Part shown: piece by piece, positions 19,309 to 30,211 of the stretch
How positions within the stretch are numbered: position 1 is the stretch's first letter
Layout of the letters: every line of letters begins with the position of its first letter
Assembly: GCA_964459325.1 (NCBI GenBank)
Contig: CAYWKU010000010.1
Location: 51,831-115,830 of the forward strand
DNA length: 64,000 nt
Direction: 5' to 3'
DNA from: an uncultured bacterium
Lineage (GTDB): Bacteria; RBG-13-61-14; CAYWKU01
Position numbers and translations under genes: made by a program
Notes under the pieces: model-generated
Database searches by the model: none
The model's input: only the letters and a program-made list of their open reading frames with translations
Told to the model about the DNA's origin: nothing

Positions 19309-20892
19309 ATGGCCGAAAAGGTAATAGGCATAGACCTGGGAACCAGCACCTCGGCGGTAGGTATCGTGGAGAATGGAGAAGCAAAGGTAATACCCAACGA
19401 AAACGGCGATAAGATCCATCCCTCGGTGGTGGCCTTCCTGGAAGACGGCAATCGCATAGTTGGCAGCGAAGCCAAAGAAAAGCTCATTACCGACCCCGAA
19501 AATACGGTTTACAGCGCCAAGCGTCTTATAGGCCGGAAGTATTTCTCAAGCGAAGTCAAAAAAGCAAAGGCCATTTGCTCGTATAATATAGTGGAAGGAG
19601 ACAACCAGGACGTCAGGATAGAAATACGCGGGAAACAGTATACGCTGTCCGAATTAGGCGCTTTCATCCTGATGGAAATGAAACGAATCGCCGAAGACTA
19701 CCTGGGCGAGGAAATAAAGAAGGCGGTAGTCACCGTTCCGGCCTACTTCAACGACGGCCAGAGACAGGCCACCAAGGACGCCGGCACCATCGCCGGATTA
19801 CAGGTGCTGAGAATCATCAACGAACCCACCGCTGCGGCGCTCGCCTACGGCTTTGGAAAGGGCTTACAGCAGAAAGTCGCCATCTACGACCTCGGCGGGG
19901 GAACCTTCGACATCTCCATCCTGGAAATCGGCGACGATATTTACGAAGTTATCAGCACCGCCGGTGACACTTTCCTGGGGGGAGACGATTTCGACGACAG
20001 GTTCATCGATTATCTCGCCGAAGTTTTCTTCAAGGAGCATAACGTTGACCTCAGGACCGACAAGTCGGCTTTACAAAAACTCAAAAGCGCCGCCGAAAAG
20101 GGCAAATGGGACCTGAGCGAAAACCTCGAAACCGAAATTTACATCCCGGGCATCATGGAAGGTATGGAAGGCGCCTTCGACCTGAAGGCAAACATAACCC
20201 GTAATTACTTCGCCAAATTGGTGTACGACCTTATTCAAAGGACTTTCAAGGTATGCGACGAGGCCCTGCAGAACGCCGGCCTCACCGTGGACCAACTGGA
20301 CAGCGTTATTCTCGTGGGTGGCCCGACCAAGATGAGCATCATAAAGGAAGCCGTGGAAAGTTACTTCTTTAAAACCCCCCAGTCCGGTATAAATCCGGAG
20401 GAGGTTGTGGCTCTCGGCGCCGCCATTCAGGGCAATGCGCTTGTCGAATCCAGCTCCTCCAGCCTGCTCCTGGACGTTACCCCCATGTCCCTGGGCATCG
20501 CCACCGCAGGGGGCATGATGGACAAGCTTATCAGCAGAAACACGCCCATACCCACCGAGATGAGCCGTATCTACACCACCACCCGGGATAACCAGGAATC
20601 GGTCAACATAAGGATATACCAGGGAGAAAGCAAGTTTTACGAAGAAAACGAGCCGCTCGGCGAAGTGAGGCTTACCGGCGTTCGTCAGGCGAAAAAGGGC
20701 GAGCCGAAGATAAAGGTCACCTTCGAGATAAATGCGGACGGTATCGTGGAAGTCGGCGCGGAAGACGTGGACACGGGGCAAGCTCAGCATATCAAGCTCA
20801 ATATCTCCGGCGGCCTCTCCAGGGAGGAAATCGAAGAGCTCCGCTCCAAGTACAGCGAAGGCCCCGACGCGGAAGTCACACAGAGAACTTGA
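19309..20892 (+). CDS. Hsp70-family chaperone lacking the C-terminal helical lid (HscC-like)
   Basis: NBD motifs (IGIDLGTSTSAV, DLGGGTFD) and SBD-beta (LLLDVTPMSLGIATAGGMMDKLISRNTPIP). The protein is 527 aa and ends shortly after SBD-beta. Confidence 0.85.
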   Translation: MAEKVIGIDLGTSTSAVGIVENGEAKVIPNENGDKIHPSVVAFLEDGNRIVGSEAKEKLITDPENTVYSAKRLIGRKYFSSEVKKAKAICSYNIVEGDNQDVRIEIRGKQYTLSELGAFILMEMKRIAEDYLGEEIKKAVVTVPAYFNDGQRQATKDAGTIAGLQVLRIINEPTAAALAYGFGKGLQQKVAIYDLGGGTFDISILEIGDDIYEVISTAGDTFLGGDDFDDRFIDYLAEVFFKEHNVDLRTDKSALQKLKSAAEKGKWDLSENLETEIYIPGIMEGMEGAFDLKANITRNYFAKLVYDLIQRTFKVCDEALQNAGLTVDQLDSVILVGGPTKMSIIKEAVESYFFKTPQSGINPEEVVALGAAIQGNALVESSSSSLLLDVTPMSLGIATAGGMMDKLISRNTPIPTEMSRIYTTTRDNQESVNIRIYQGESKFYEENEPLGEVRLTGVRQAKKGEPKIKVTFEINADGIVEVGAEDVDTGQAQHIKLNISGGLSREEIEELRSKYSEGPDAEVTQRT

Positions 20893-20934
20893 GTACAGGG
20901 CTAATCCTTTACATAAAACAGGACGGGCAGGAAC

Positions 20935-21456
20935 ATGGCAATTGAGGAAAGAAAAAAAGTCGAAATCAACTCCATATCCCGAATTATAGACGAGCTGGAT
21001 TACTACCAGATATTGAAAGTGCCTCAAAACGCTACGCAGGAAGAAATAAAAAACGCCTACTTCAGAGAATCCAGAAACTACCACCCGGATAAGTTTTACA
21101 ATGAATCCCACGAAATAGGCAAGAAGGTCACCACCATATTCAAACGAATAACCGAAGCCTACAAAATACTATCCGACCCGGAAACCCGACAGATTTACAC
21201 CGAGGGAATAAACGGGCCTGAAAGGTCAAAAAACCTGCGATACATTCACGGCGTACAGGGTGGGCCTCCCAAGGAGGATGAAGGCCAGACCCCGCTGGGG
21301 AAGAAATACTTCCAAATGGGAAAAACCGCCCTCAACAACATGGACTACAAAGGAGCCAAAATAAACTTCCAGTTGGCGCTAAAAATGGAGCCGAACAATG
21401 AGACGTTCAAAAAGCGCCTGGCCGAAGTGGAAGAAAAACTCAAAAAGAAAAAATAA
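20935..21456 (+). CDS. J-domain protein with a C-terminal TPR-like region
   Basis: YYQILKV....EEIKNAY......YHPDK (HPD motif). The C-terminal helices resemble TPR. Confidence 0.8.
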   Translation: MAIEERKKVEINSISRIIDELDYYQILKVPQNATQEEIKNAYFRESRNYHPDKFYNESHEIGKKVTTIFKRITEAYKILSDPETRQIYTEGINGPERSKNLRYIHGVQGGPPKEDEGQTPLGKKYFQMGKTALNNMDYKGAKINFQLALKMEPNNETFKKRLAEVEEKLKKKK

Positions 21457-21510
21457 AGCTCTCTCCCGTACTTAATCGTAGTCCAGGCCCGCCGGGCTTC
21501 CGTTTTTTAA

Positions 21511-22965
21511 TTGAACAATCAAGCATATTTCCCCGGGTTGAGCCGCATGTCGGAGAAGGTATTACTCGTAAACACAAACTTCATGAAGCCTCTCATAGCG
21601 CCCATCGGGCTGGACTACCTGGCTGGGGCAATGGAAGAAGCCGGCCTGGCGCCGCTAATCGCCGACCTGCCGCTCGAGGAGAACCCGGAGGAAAGCCTTC
21701 GCCGCATCTTAAGCTCCGAATCTCCCGTCGCGGTAGGGGTCACCGCCAGAAACCTCGACGATTGCTACATGGCCGGCGGGGAATCCTTCATCCGGCAGAT
21801 AAAAGTCTGGATAGATTATATCAAAACCATCTCTGACGCGCCGGTAGTCCTGGGCGGGGTGGGGTATTCCATTGCGCCGGGGCAAGCACTGGAGGCGCTG
21901 AACGCAGACTACGGAATAAAAGGCGACGGCGAAAGGCCGCTGGCGGAATTGGTCCGGAGTTTTATCAAAAAAGAGGAGGTCTCCGGGATACCCGGCCTTG
22001 TCTACGGTCGAAATAACGGAATGGTCGAAAACCCGCCCTTGCTTTCCGGCATATCCGGGGGCCGCAGCCGTGCATACATAAATAACAACCTTTACTTTAG
22101 ATTGGGCGGGCAAGGCTCCATCGAAACCAAGCGCGGCTGTAACATGTCATGTAAATACTGCGCCGACCCCGTTGCGAAAGGTAGAAAAGTCAGAACCGTC
22201 AACCCGTCGGAAGTTGCCGGAGAGTTAAATTCCCTTATTAATCAGGGAGTTAACGTGATTCACCTGTGCGATAGCGAGTTCAACATCCCTTACGAGCACG
22301 CCGTCGAGGTCTGCAAGACACTGATAGAAAACAAGACCGCCGACCGGGCGAGATGGTATGCTTACCTGTCCCCGGCGCCGTTCACCGCCGAGCTTGCGGA
22401 TTTGATGAAGCGTGCCGGATGTGTGGGAATTAACTTCGGCGCCGACAGCGCTCACTCCGATATTCTGAGCGCTCTCGGCAGAAATTTTTCCCCGGAAGAT
22501 ATTGAGTCCGCGGTGGTTGAATGCCGAAAGCATGGAATAACCGTCATGCTGGACTTATTGCTCGGTGGCCCCGGCGAAACCCTCGACACCGCTTCTTACA
22601 CCATAAACGCCGTCAAGAGTTTCAATCCCGACCGGGTGGGTATAAGCCTGGGCGTGAGGGTCTTTCCGGGCACGGAAATGCATAATATCGTTACCGAATC
22701 CGGCGCAAAACTGATAAGACCACGGGTCTACCCGGGGGATGAACTTCTGTACCCTGCCTTTTATATAAGCCATAAACTGGGCGATGACCCATCCGGGGAA
22801 GTGGCCGGGATGGTGGGAGACGATGAAAGGTTTTTCTTTGCCGAATCCAAGAAGGGCGACAGAAATTATAACTATAACGACAACACCATGCTGGTGGAAG
22901 CTATCGAAAATGGACACCGGGGAGCTTACTGGGACATACTCCGGAAACTTGCCGAAGACGCCTGA
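21511..22965 (+). CDS. B12-binding-domain radical SAM protein
   Basis: N-terminal B12-like Rossmann region, then a CxxxCxxC motif (CNMSCKYC). Confidence 0.8.
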   Translation: MNNQAYFPGLSRMSEKVLLVNTNFMKPLIAPIGLDYLAGAMEEAGLAPLIADLPLEENPEESLRRILSSESPVAVGVTARNLDDCYMAGGESFIRQIKVWIDYIKTISDAPVVLGGVGYSIAPGQALEALNADYGIKGDGERPLAELVRSFIKKEEVSGIPGLVYGRNNGMVENPPLLSGISGGRSRAYINNNLYFRLGGQGSIETKRGCNMSCKYCADPVAKGRKVRTVNPSEVAGELNSLINQGVNVIHLCDSEFNIPYEHAVEVCKTLIENKTADRARWYAYLSPAPFTAELADLMKRAGCVGINFGADSAHSDILSALGRNFSPEDIESAVVECRKHGITVMLDLLLGGPGETLDTASYTINAVKSFNPDRVGISLGVRVFPGTEMHNIVTESGAKLIRPRVYPGDELLYPAFYISHKLGDDPSGEVAGMVGDDERFFFAESKKGDRNYNYNDNTMLVEAIENGHRGAYWDILRKLAEDA

Positions 22966-22977
22966 TAAGACCCGGCA

Positions 22978-24444
22978 TTATTCAAGCAGTTCCGGAATGG
23001 CGGTAAGAAAATCGGGCCGTGGCGGGATTTTATCCCCCGGCTGCCAATCCAGGCTTTCAAACATTAACTCGAATCTGATACTTCCCTCAACTTCGGAAAA
23101 CTCAAATCCGGCGCATCCTAAACAGCCATCCTCCGACTCGGGTGGGTCCTCAACGCGAATATCGTCCATGAGAAACAGTTTTCCTCCGCCATCGAGCATG
23201 GTCACCCGTAAAGCCCTATCTGCACCGGCGATAATAAACCAGTTCCCCGAAACCTCCGTGTCGGCCCGCTCTCCATCTATAACCTCCCCTTCCCCATCGC
23301 CGCTCGTAAATATCTTCAACCCCGTCACTTTCTCCGAGAAGTCGAGGTAAACCCTTAACCTGCCCGGCTCTTCCGCGTCGTCGGGCAACTTAAGTTCATT
23401 TCTCAATACGAAATGGTCGGGGTAATATACCGCCCGCCTCGAAAACGGGAATTTAAACCGCTCCGATTGCATTCCACCTTCCCGTTTGAAGCGAGCCAGA
23501 ATCGGCCCTTGTGTCTTTTGGGTATCTTCAAAATACACGGAGTTTTCGTCGGCCACGTAATCTTCCGCTGCGTATCTTATCTTCAACCTGTCCAGAACGT
23601 CACCCGTTCCCAGCTCAAGGTCGACCATCGCGCCGGGCGATGAGGTGCTGTAGGAGACTCCGTAATAATCGGTAAAAATTGACTCGGAAGAAGAATCGGC
23701 GGTAACCATCGGCTCATAAGGGGTCTCGAGCGGTCGGTCCTTGCTCAAATAAAACCAGGCGCTGCCTCCTTTTTCATCATCTACCCGCACAATATATGTG
23801 CGGGGGGCGTTGGTGGCCAGGGCTATCTGATTGTCGAGGTCGCCTCCCTCGGATGCCGGCACATAGACGGAGTCTTCTTCTTGTATCTCATCGCCGGAGC
23901 TGAAACTCCAACCGCTGTCGAGCTGAAACGGCGCCTCTTCCAAGACTCCATTTCTGACCGCCGTAACCCTGATATCCTCCTTGTAGCCGGAAAGGCCGCC
24001 AATCGGTATTTTAACCAGCATACTCTCCGTCTCCAGGCTCGCCGATACGACCTCCGGAGGCGTGGGTTTTTCGGCTTCCGGAGGGGTTTCCTCCTCTACT
24101 TCATAGGTTACCTCCCTTTCTTCGGGTTGTGGTTCCGGTTCAGGTTCGGCTTCAGGTAAAGACGGTTTCCTGATGCTTTCCTTCTCCACCGACATTTCTT
24201 CGGCAGTCGCCCCCCTGCCCTCCTCCTCACTTGGCGAAATTGCCTGACGGTCGCCGTGTTTTTCTTCACCGGAGAAAAGCGCTATCCCACCCAGAAGAAT
24301 CGCCGCCACCCCTATGGCCACGCCGCACCACACAAGCACCCGCCTTTTTTTTACTTTCCTTTGAAGGTAGGAGCTTATTTCCACGCCGCAATTTGCGCAA
24401 TATAAATCTTCCGGCTGCTCAAACCCGCACCGGGGACACCTCAT
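22978..24444 (-). CDS. Zinc-ribbon / single-TM protein with a Pro-Glu-rich linker and a large extracytoplasmic domain
   Basis: MRCPRCGFEQPEDLYCANCG zinc ribbon, one TM helix, EAEPEPEPQPEE...PPEAEKPTPPE repeats, and a 300-aa beta-rich C-terminal domain. Confidence 0.6.
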   Translation of the reverse strand: MRCPRCGFEQPEDLYCANCGVEISSYLQRKVKKRRVLVWCGVAIGVAAILLGGIALFSGEEKHGDRQAISPSEEEGRGATAEEMSVEKESIRKPSLPEAEPEPEPQPEEREVTYEVEEETPPEAEKPTPPEVVSASLETESMLVKIPIGGLSGYKEDIRVTAVRNGVLEEAPFQLDSGWSFSSGDEIQEEDSVYVPASEGGDLDNQIALATNAPRTYIVRVDDEKGGSAWFYLSKDRPLETPYEPMVTADSSSESIFTDYYGVSYSTSSPGAMVDLELGTGDVLDRLKIRYAAEDYVADENSVYFEDTQKTQGPILARFKREGGMQSERFKFPFSRRAVYYPDHFVLRNELKLPDDAEEPGRLRVYLDFSEKVTGLKIFTSGDGEGEVIDGERADTEVSGNWFIIAGADRALRVTMLDGGGKLFLMDDIRVEDPPESEDGCLGCAGFEFSEVEGSIRFELMFESLDWQPGDKIPPRPDFLTAIPELLE

Positions 24445-24554
24445 CTGCCTTCTCCTTCCAACCTGATGATTTTATATGTTAATCGCCCTTGCAATATTGA
24501 CAATCCTGATAATATCCTGTTAGCTATCATCTCACTGGATGAGAGTGGTAACAG

Positions 24555-25334
24555 ATGAATTTTCTTGAAAAACAATTCGGCTTGAGCAATAAAGTGGCCC
24601 TCGTAACCGGCGGCAACAGCGGCCTCGGCCTGGCTATCGCCAAGGGCCTGGGCTCGGCGGGAGCAAAAGTTGTCATCATGGGCAGAAACGAGGAGAAAAA
24701 CGAGCAGGCCGAAGGGAAGCTGCTGGAAGAAAATATCGATGCCGTAGCGGTGAAAGCGGATGTAACAAAGGCTCAAGAAGTAAGAAACGCCCTGGCAAAG
24801 GCGATGGACAAGTACGGCGGCCTCGACATCCTGGTAAATTCAGCCGGCATCACCATGGCCTCGCCCACCCATCAGGTCACCGAGCCTCAATGGTCATCGG
24901 TCATCTCCACCAACCTGAAAGGCACCCTGCTCTGCTGCCAGGAAACTCACAGGATGGTGAAGCCCAGCAGGGAGGAGCCGGCGAAAATAATAAACATCGC
25001 GGGGATTTACGGGGTGCTCGGCGGCTCCTTTGTGGCCGCATACGCCGCCAGCAAGGGAGGAGTAATCCAACTTACACGCAGCTTGGCGGTGGAATGGGCC
25101 TCCAAAAACATTCGAGTCAATGCCATCGTGCCGGGTTGGTTCGAAACCGCCATGACCGCTCCCATCAGAATGGTGCCGGATTCGGCCAAGGGTATCATGC
25201 GCCGGACACCGTTGGGAAGGTTCGGAAAACCGGACGAAATAGCCGGAGCCGCCGTCTTCCTGGCCTCCAGGGCTTCCGATTTCATCACCGGCGCCTGTAT
25301 ATGGGTGGACGGTGGTTTCAGCATCTCGAGCTAG
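24555..25334 (+). CDS. SDR-family oxidoreductase
   Basis: TGGNSGLGLA (Gly-rich NAD(P) motif), NSAG, and YAASKGG (YxxxK). Confidence 0.85.
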   Translation: MNFLEKQFGLSNKVALVTGGNSGLGLAIAKGLGSAGAKVVIMGRNEEKNEQAEGKLLEENIDAVAVKADVTKAQEVRNALAKAMDKYGGLDILVNSAGITMASPTHQVTEPQWSSVISTNLKGTLLCCQETHRMVKPSREEPAKIINIAGIYGVLGGSFVAAYAASKGGVIQLTRSLAVEWASKNIRVNAIVPGWFETAMTAPIRMVPDSAKGIMRRTPLGRFGKPDEIAGAAVFLASRASDFITGACIWVDGGFSISS

Positions 25335-25434
25335 GCTAGCCCCGTGATGAATTTTCGTGTGAATCATCTATACTCACTCTTGATGTAGAATATACAAACA
25401 GTTAACTCCAGACGGAAAAGAGACCTGTTTTCAA

Positions 25435-26181
25435 ATGCTTAAGGGACAGCAATGTAGACATGACGAATATACGGTGCTCTGGTCGTGGCTTGGAAGTGTG
25501 GACTACCTTCGCGCCATGAGCATGATGGAGGACATCGCGCCGAAAATAAGTTGCCCCCGCAAGCCCGGCATGCTGCTCTTGCTGGAGCACCCTCCCACCA
25601 TCACGCTGGGAAAGAGAGCCGGTCAAGAAGACATCGTGGCGCCCTTATCCTTCCTTAAAGCGATGAATTACGCCCTCTACCGGGCGGACAGGGGCGGCAG
25701 GGCAACCTGCCACGGGCCGGGGCAGCTCGTGGGATATCTCGTGGCCAACCTGGACAGGCTGGGCGTAGGAGCCAAGGGGTTGGTCAGAGGCATCGAAGAA
25801 ACTATTATCGAGCTTCTGGATAAATACGGAGTAAACGGCTATAAAATGGAAGGCCATCCCGGAGTCTGGGTCAAGGGCGGAAAAATAGCCGCCTTGGGCA
25901 TGAGAATTAAGGGGAAGGTGACGGGTCACGGCTTTGCCCTGAACGTAAATTTTGACCTGGATTCCTACAGGATGGTGGTTCCTTGCGGAATGCGGGAGCC
26001 GAAGGTGGCCAATCTTTCGGGCCATACCCAACCGGCGCCTACCGTGTCGGGGGCTGCCGTGCTGGCCGCCGAAGCTTTCGGGGAAATGTTCGGGGTGGAA
26101 ATGAAAAAGGTAGACACTAACTTCGTTGATGTTTACCGTCGAGACTCTGTCGTCGGCGCGGGGAAAGGAGAAGCGGCTTAA
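25435..26181 (+). CDS. lipB: Lipoyl(octanoyl) transferase LipB
   Basis: LLLEHPPTITLGKRAG and RGGRATCHGPGQLVGY motifs. The true start may be an internal Met. Confidence 0.75.
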   Translation: MLKGQQCRHDEYTVLWSWLGSVDYLRAMSMMEDIAPKISCPRKPGMLLLLEHPPTITLGKRAGQEDIVAPLSFLKAMNYALYRADRGGRATCHGPGQLVGYLVANLDRLGVGAKGLVRGIEETIIELLDKYGVNGYKMEGHPGVWVKGGKIAALGMRIKGKVTGHGFALNVNFDLDSYRMVVPCGMREPKVANLSGHTQPAPTVSGAAVLAAEAFGEMFGVEMKKVDTNFVDVYRRDSVVGAGKGEAA

Positions 26182-26634
26182 ATGACAATAGTCGAATGGC
26201 TCACGCCCGATTTCTTCGCCTTTAACGTAATACTCGTCGCCCTTCTCATTAATCTCACTATATACGCGGCGGTCAGCAATTTCACCGAGGACTTTAAAAT
26301 GGGAGAAAAGCTTCAAACCACCCTGTTCTCAGCGGCAATCGGGGCAACCGTTATATACGCGGCGATGGTGATAATGGGATACATGGGAATAATCGCGCGT
26401 TATCCTTACCTTTACGATAACAAGTACAATTTCCTGCTCCTCGGAAAAGGCCCCGTTTTCGGCGGGAACGGCCCCGTTCTGATAGCCCTTTTACTGGGAA
26501 TCGCCATATCTATACCGCTAGGCCTTAAATGGGGCAATAACAACGGTTTCAGGATATTTTCCGGAATCAGCGCTCTGGCGTGCGACGGCGTCATCGTGGC
26601 GATGACCCTGCTTTGGATAATTAATCAGACCTGA
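26182..26634 (+). CDS. Small polytopic membrane protein of unknown function
   Basis: Four predicted TM helices. Start overlaps the lipB stop. Confidence 0.45.
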   Translation: MTIVEWLTPDFFAFNVILVALLINLTIYAAVSNFTEDFKMGEKLQTTLFSAAIGATVIYAAMVIMGYMGIIARYPYLYDNKYNFLLLGKGPVFGGNGPVLIALLLGIAISIPLGLKWGNNNGFRIFSGISALACDGVIVAMTLLWIINQT

Positions 26635-26677
26635 CGCGCCAAGTCGGACTCACCGGGCGCGTCAAGGGGGAGAAATA

Positions 26678-29386
26678 ATGTCGGAAACTCAAGCTCTTAA
26701 CGGAAAAGCGTTGGCAAAATCTCTCCTTCTGCGCCATCGAATTACAAATTCCATAGGAATTCCCATAGTTTTCATTTACTTTCTTTACACTCTTTCCGGC
26801 GGAGCCAGCACAATACTCGCAAACATCGGCCAGATTATCCTGCTCGCCGTCATGGCCGTCATAATCATACTCGCTTCGGTCATCGCCCACGAGCGTACTA
26901 ACTATCGGCTCATGGACCGGGCCCGCAAGTTCCTGGACAATCCTGATAAATCCGAGAGTGAGTCGACCAGCGAATATAATCTGAGAACGCGAAACGCCAT
27001 AAAATGTCTCTTGGATTTTCCGTTCCGGGGCACCGTTATCTCACTCGCCACGTGGCCGCTAACCATCCTGGTGATAATCCTGGTGGTATACATTGTAGCC
27101 TTCAAATTCCCCTTGAGTCTGATGCTGGTTATGTTTCTCGGGGCCGTAAGCGGTGGATTGCTGGTGGCGGTATTCCAGTTTTACCTGTTCAAGCAGGGCA
27201 CTCAGCCCTTCCTGAAGGAAATTCTCAAAAAATACCCTCATTACTGGAAAGAAAGCGAGTTTCTTCAGTCCAAATTCGGTCTTCGGAAGAAGCTGCTGGT
27301 AAGTTTCGTATGTCTCATGTTTGTCATGATGACCATGATGGCGGTTCTGATGTTCTTCGACACCGGGAAGATGTTACATTCCCAATGGGGAAGAATGGTT
27401 CAAAAACGGGTCGAAAGGGAAATGGTCAAGTTCGGCCCCCGGCTCGCCGCAGCGGAAACGCCGCAAGAGAGACAACACGTGCTTAGCCAAATGGAAATAG
27501 AGCTCGAGGAGGGAACAATCCACCTCATAGACTCGGAGGGAGAACCCCTTCTTCCCGGCACTTATACCCCCGCCCAGAAGGAAATCTTCGCCCGGGTGGC
27601 CGGAGTTAAAAAAAGCGTGCAGGTAGGCGAGGATTTGACGCTGATGTCACCATTCCCGGGGCTGGAAAATATATCCATGGACCTGGAACCGGGCGACATG
27701 AAGGTAAACGCCTGGGTAAACGTACCCGATTCGGACCAACTGATTCTGTTGCGCAGGTCGTTCAAGACTTTTCTCCCTTCCATGTATCGCCTTATAGCGG
27801 TTTCCGTCCTGGTGGTAATGGGTGGGGTGCTGGTAAGCGTGTTATTCACTTACAGCGCTTCGAGAGACGTTACCGAGCCCGTAGACGAGATAGTGGGCGT
27901 GGTGGAAAAAATTAGCCGCGGAGAGCTCACCCAGAGCTTGAACCTGCTCACATACGACGAAATGGGCATTTTGGCCATAAACCTCCGAAAAATGATAGAA
28001 AACCTTCGCTCGATGATTTACCAGATAGGCGAAGCTTCCCACCGAGTGGAAGAGGCTACGGTAAGCATCGTCGAAGGATTCAAGAAAGTGAGCGAAGGCT
28101 CGCGCACTCAGTCAAGCGCCGTGGACGAGACAAGCTCCTCCCTCGACGAAATGGAGGCTTCCATAAAGGGCATCGGCGAAAACGTTGAAACTCTTGCGAG
28201 CACTGCGGAGCAATCGAGTTCCTCGATACTCGAAATGAGCGCCACCATAGAGCAGGTGGCCGACAACGTTGAAAACCTGGCAAGCAGCGTCGAGGAAACG
28301 ACTTCCAGCATCGGTGAAATGGCGGCCAGCGTCCGGCAGGTGGCCGAAAACGTCGAAAATCTCTCCCGCAAAACCGAAAGCACGGTCTCCAGCGTCAATC
28401 AAATGGAGGCGAGCATCAAGGAAGTCCAGGCCGGGGCGGAAGAAACCGCTCAGCTTACCGAACGGGTGGCAGGCGATGCCGAAAGCGGCGCAAACAAGGT
28501 GCAGGATACCATTAACGGCATCTCACGCGCCCGCCAGGACAGCGAGCTGGCGGTGAGAGTTATCCACGAGCTGGCTCAGCGAGCGGAGGAAATAGGCAAC
28601 ATCCTGAATGTCATAGACGATGTCACCGATGAAACCAACCTGCTGGCCCTTAACGCTGCAATCATAGCCGCACAGGCCGGGGAGCACGGCAGGGGATTCG
28701 CGGTGGTAGCCGACGAAATCAAGGACCTTGCCGAGCGCACCGCTCAATCCACCCAGGAAATCGGAAACCTCATCGAGGCCGTTCAGAACGGCGCACGGGA
28801 AGCGGTGGATGCCGTAAACCGAGGTTTCGAAGCTGTCGAGCAGGGCACAAAGCTCAGCCAGGAAGCGGGCGACGCCCTCTCGCAGATACTGGAAAGCGCC
28901 CAGAAAAGCACCGAACGTACTCATAACATCGCAAAATCCACGGTTGAACAGACGCAGAGAACCAAAGACGTGTTGAAATTCTTCGAAGAAATTTCAGATA
29001 ACATTCACCAGGTTGAAACGGCCACCAGGGAGCAGTCGAAGGGCGCTGACCAGATACAGAACACATCGGAAAGAATGAGGGAAATCGCCAAGGTCGTTAA
29101 AAAAGCCACCCAGGAGCAGTTCCTTGGCTCCAAGCAAATCAACCAGGCGATGGAAAATATCAACCAGATAGTGTCCTTCATAAACAACTCCCAGCAGGAG
29201 CAGATAAAAAACACCGAGCAGGTGGTGCAGGCCATCCAGGAGATAAGAACCATTGCCGGCGAAAACGAAAGCGGAGTGGAAGAAATGTTCCAGGCCAGCG
29301 CCAACCTGTCGTCTCTGGCGGAAGACTTGAGGAACATGGTCGAAGCCTTCAAGGTTGAACAGGAAGAAGCCGCCGAAAATACGTAG
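26678..29386 (+). CDS. Methyl-accepting chemotaxis protein (multi-TM N-terminus, HAMP, long signaling domain)
   Basis: [37 protein letters not shown] core. Four tandem roughly 21-aa Ser-rich heptad repeats precede the core. Confidence 0.9.
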   Translation: MSETQALNGKALAKSLLLRHRITNSIGIPIVFIYFLYTLSGGASTILANIGQIILLAVMAVIIILASVIAHERTNYRLMDRARKFLDNPDKSESESTSEYNLRTRNAIKCLLDFPFRGTVISLATWPLTILVIILVVYIVAFKFPLSLMLVMFLGAVSGGLLVAVFQFYLFKQGTQPFLKEILKKYPHYWKESEFLQSKFGLRKKLLVSFVCLMFVMMTMMAVLMFFDTGKMLHSQWGRMVQKRVEREMVKFGPRLAAAETPQERQHVLSQMEIELEEGTIHLIDSEGEPLLPGTYTPAQKEIFARVAGVKKSVQVGEDLTLMSPFPGLENISMDLEPGDMKVNAWVNVPDSDQLILLRRSFKTFLPSMYRLIAVSVLVVMGGVLVSVLFTYSASRDVTEPVDEIVGVVEKISRGELTQSLNLLTYDEMGILAINLRKMIENLRSMIYQIGEASHRVEEATVSIVEGFKKVSEGSRTQSSAVDETSSSLDEMEASIKGIGENVETLASTAEQSSSSILEMSATIEQVADNVENLASSVEETTSSIGEMAASVRQVAENVENLSRKTESTVSSVNQMEASIKEVQAGAEETAQLTERVAGDAESGANKVQDTINGISRARQDSELAVRVIHELAQRAEEIGNILNVIDDVTDETNLLALNAAIIAAQAGEHGRGFAVVADEIKDLAERTAQSTQEIGNLIEAVQNGAREAVDAVNRGFEAVEQGTKLSQEAGDALSQILESAQKSTERTHNIAKSTVEQTQRTKDVLKFFEEISDNIHQVETATREQSKGADQIQNTSERMREIAKVVKKATQEQFLGSKQINQAMENINQIVSFINNSQQEQIKNTEQVVQAIQEIRTIAGENESGVEEMFQASANLSSLAEDLRNMVEAFKVEQEEAAENT

Positions 29387-29436
29387 TTCCCACTGTTGTG
29401 CCAATTCAGCGGAAGTTTTTTGAAAGGAGCCACTTC

Positions 29437-30204
29437 ATGGACTGGAAGACCTCCATTACCGAGGTTATCCCCGACCATATCCGGATTAGGGGATACGAGG
29501 TGGGGGATTTGATGGAAAACCTGGACCTGGGCCAGGGCGTTTTCCTGCTTTTAAAAGGCGAGCTTCCTTCTCCGAAACAGGGAAAAATGATGAACGCCCT
29601 CCTGCTGGCCGTTATGGACCACAGTGTCATGGCGCCTTCGGCCTGCGCCGCTCGTTTCGTGGCAAGCGGTGGCTCCCCTATCCAATCGGCGGTCGCCGCG
29701 GGCCTGCAGGCCCTGGGCGCCCATCACGGCGGCGCCATTGAAGAGGCGCAGTACCTGTTCACCGAAGGCGTTAAATCCGCCCGCGAAGAAGGCAAATCCA
29801 TTACCGAGAAGGCAAAGGAGGTAGTAACCGAATATGGCCGGGATAAAAAGCGCTTACCCGGCTTTGGCCATCCCTACCATAAACAGGACCCCCGTACAGT
29901 CAAGCTTATGGAGCTGGCGGAGCGCCTGAACCTGGGGGGGGAGCATATCGAATTCTGCAACGCGGTCGCAGAGGCCATTACGGATGTAATGGGCAAAAAG
30001 CTTGTTATAAACGTTGACGCAGCAATGGCGGCAACACTTGCCGATATGGGTTTTCAATGCGAAATGGCGCGCGGTTTTTTCATAATCAGCCGCGCTGCGG
30101 GGCTTGTGGCTCACGCTTTCGAAGAGTATACCCGCGAGCGGCCCTTCCGGGCTGTGGGTCGGGATGAAGTGACCTACGACGGGCCCGAGCCGCGGAAATT
30201 ATAA
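29437..30204 (+). CDS. Small citrate-synthase-family protein (citryl-CoA lyase-like)
   Basis: GFGHPYHKQDPRT matches the GFGHRVYK..DPR signature of the citrate synthase family. At 256 aa it is CCL-sized. Start set at 29437, which has an AAAGGAG RBS. Confidence 0.6.
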   Translation: MDWKTSITEVIPDHIRIRGYEVGDLMENLDLGQGVFLLLKGELPSPKQGKMMNALLLAVMDHSVMAPSACAARFVASGGSPIQSAVAAGLQALGAHHGGAIEEAQYLFTEGVKSAREEGKSITEKAKEVVTEYGRDKKRLPGFGHPYHKQDPRTVKLMELAERLNLGGEHIEFCNAVAEAITDVMGKKLVINVDAAMAATLADMGFQCEMARGFFIISRAAGLVAHAFEEYTRERPFRAVGRDEVTYDGPEPRKL

Positions 30205-30211
30205 ATGCCAC

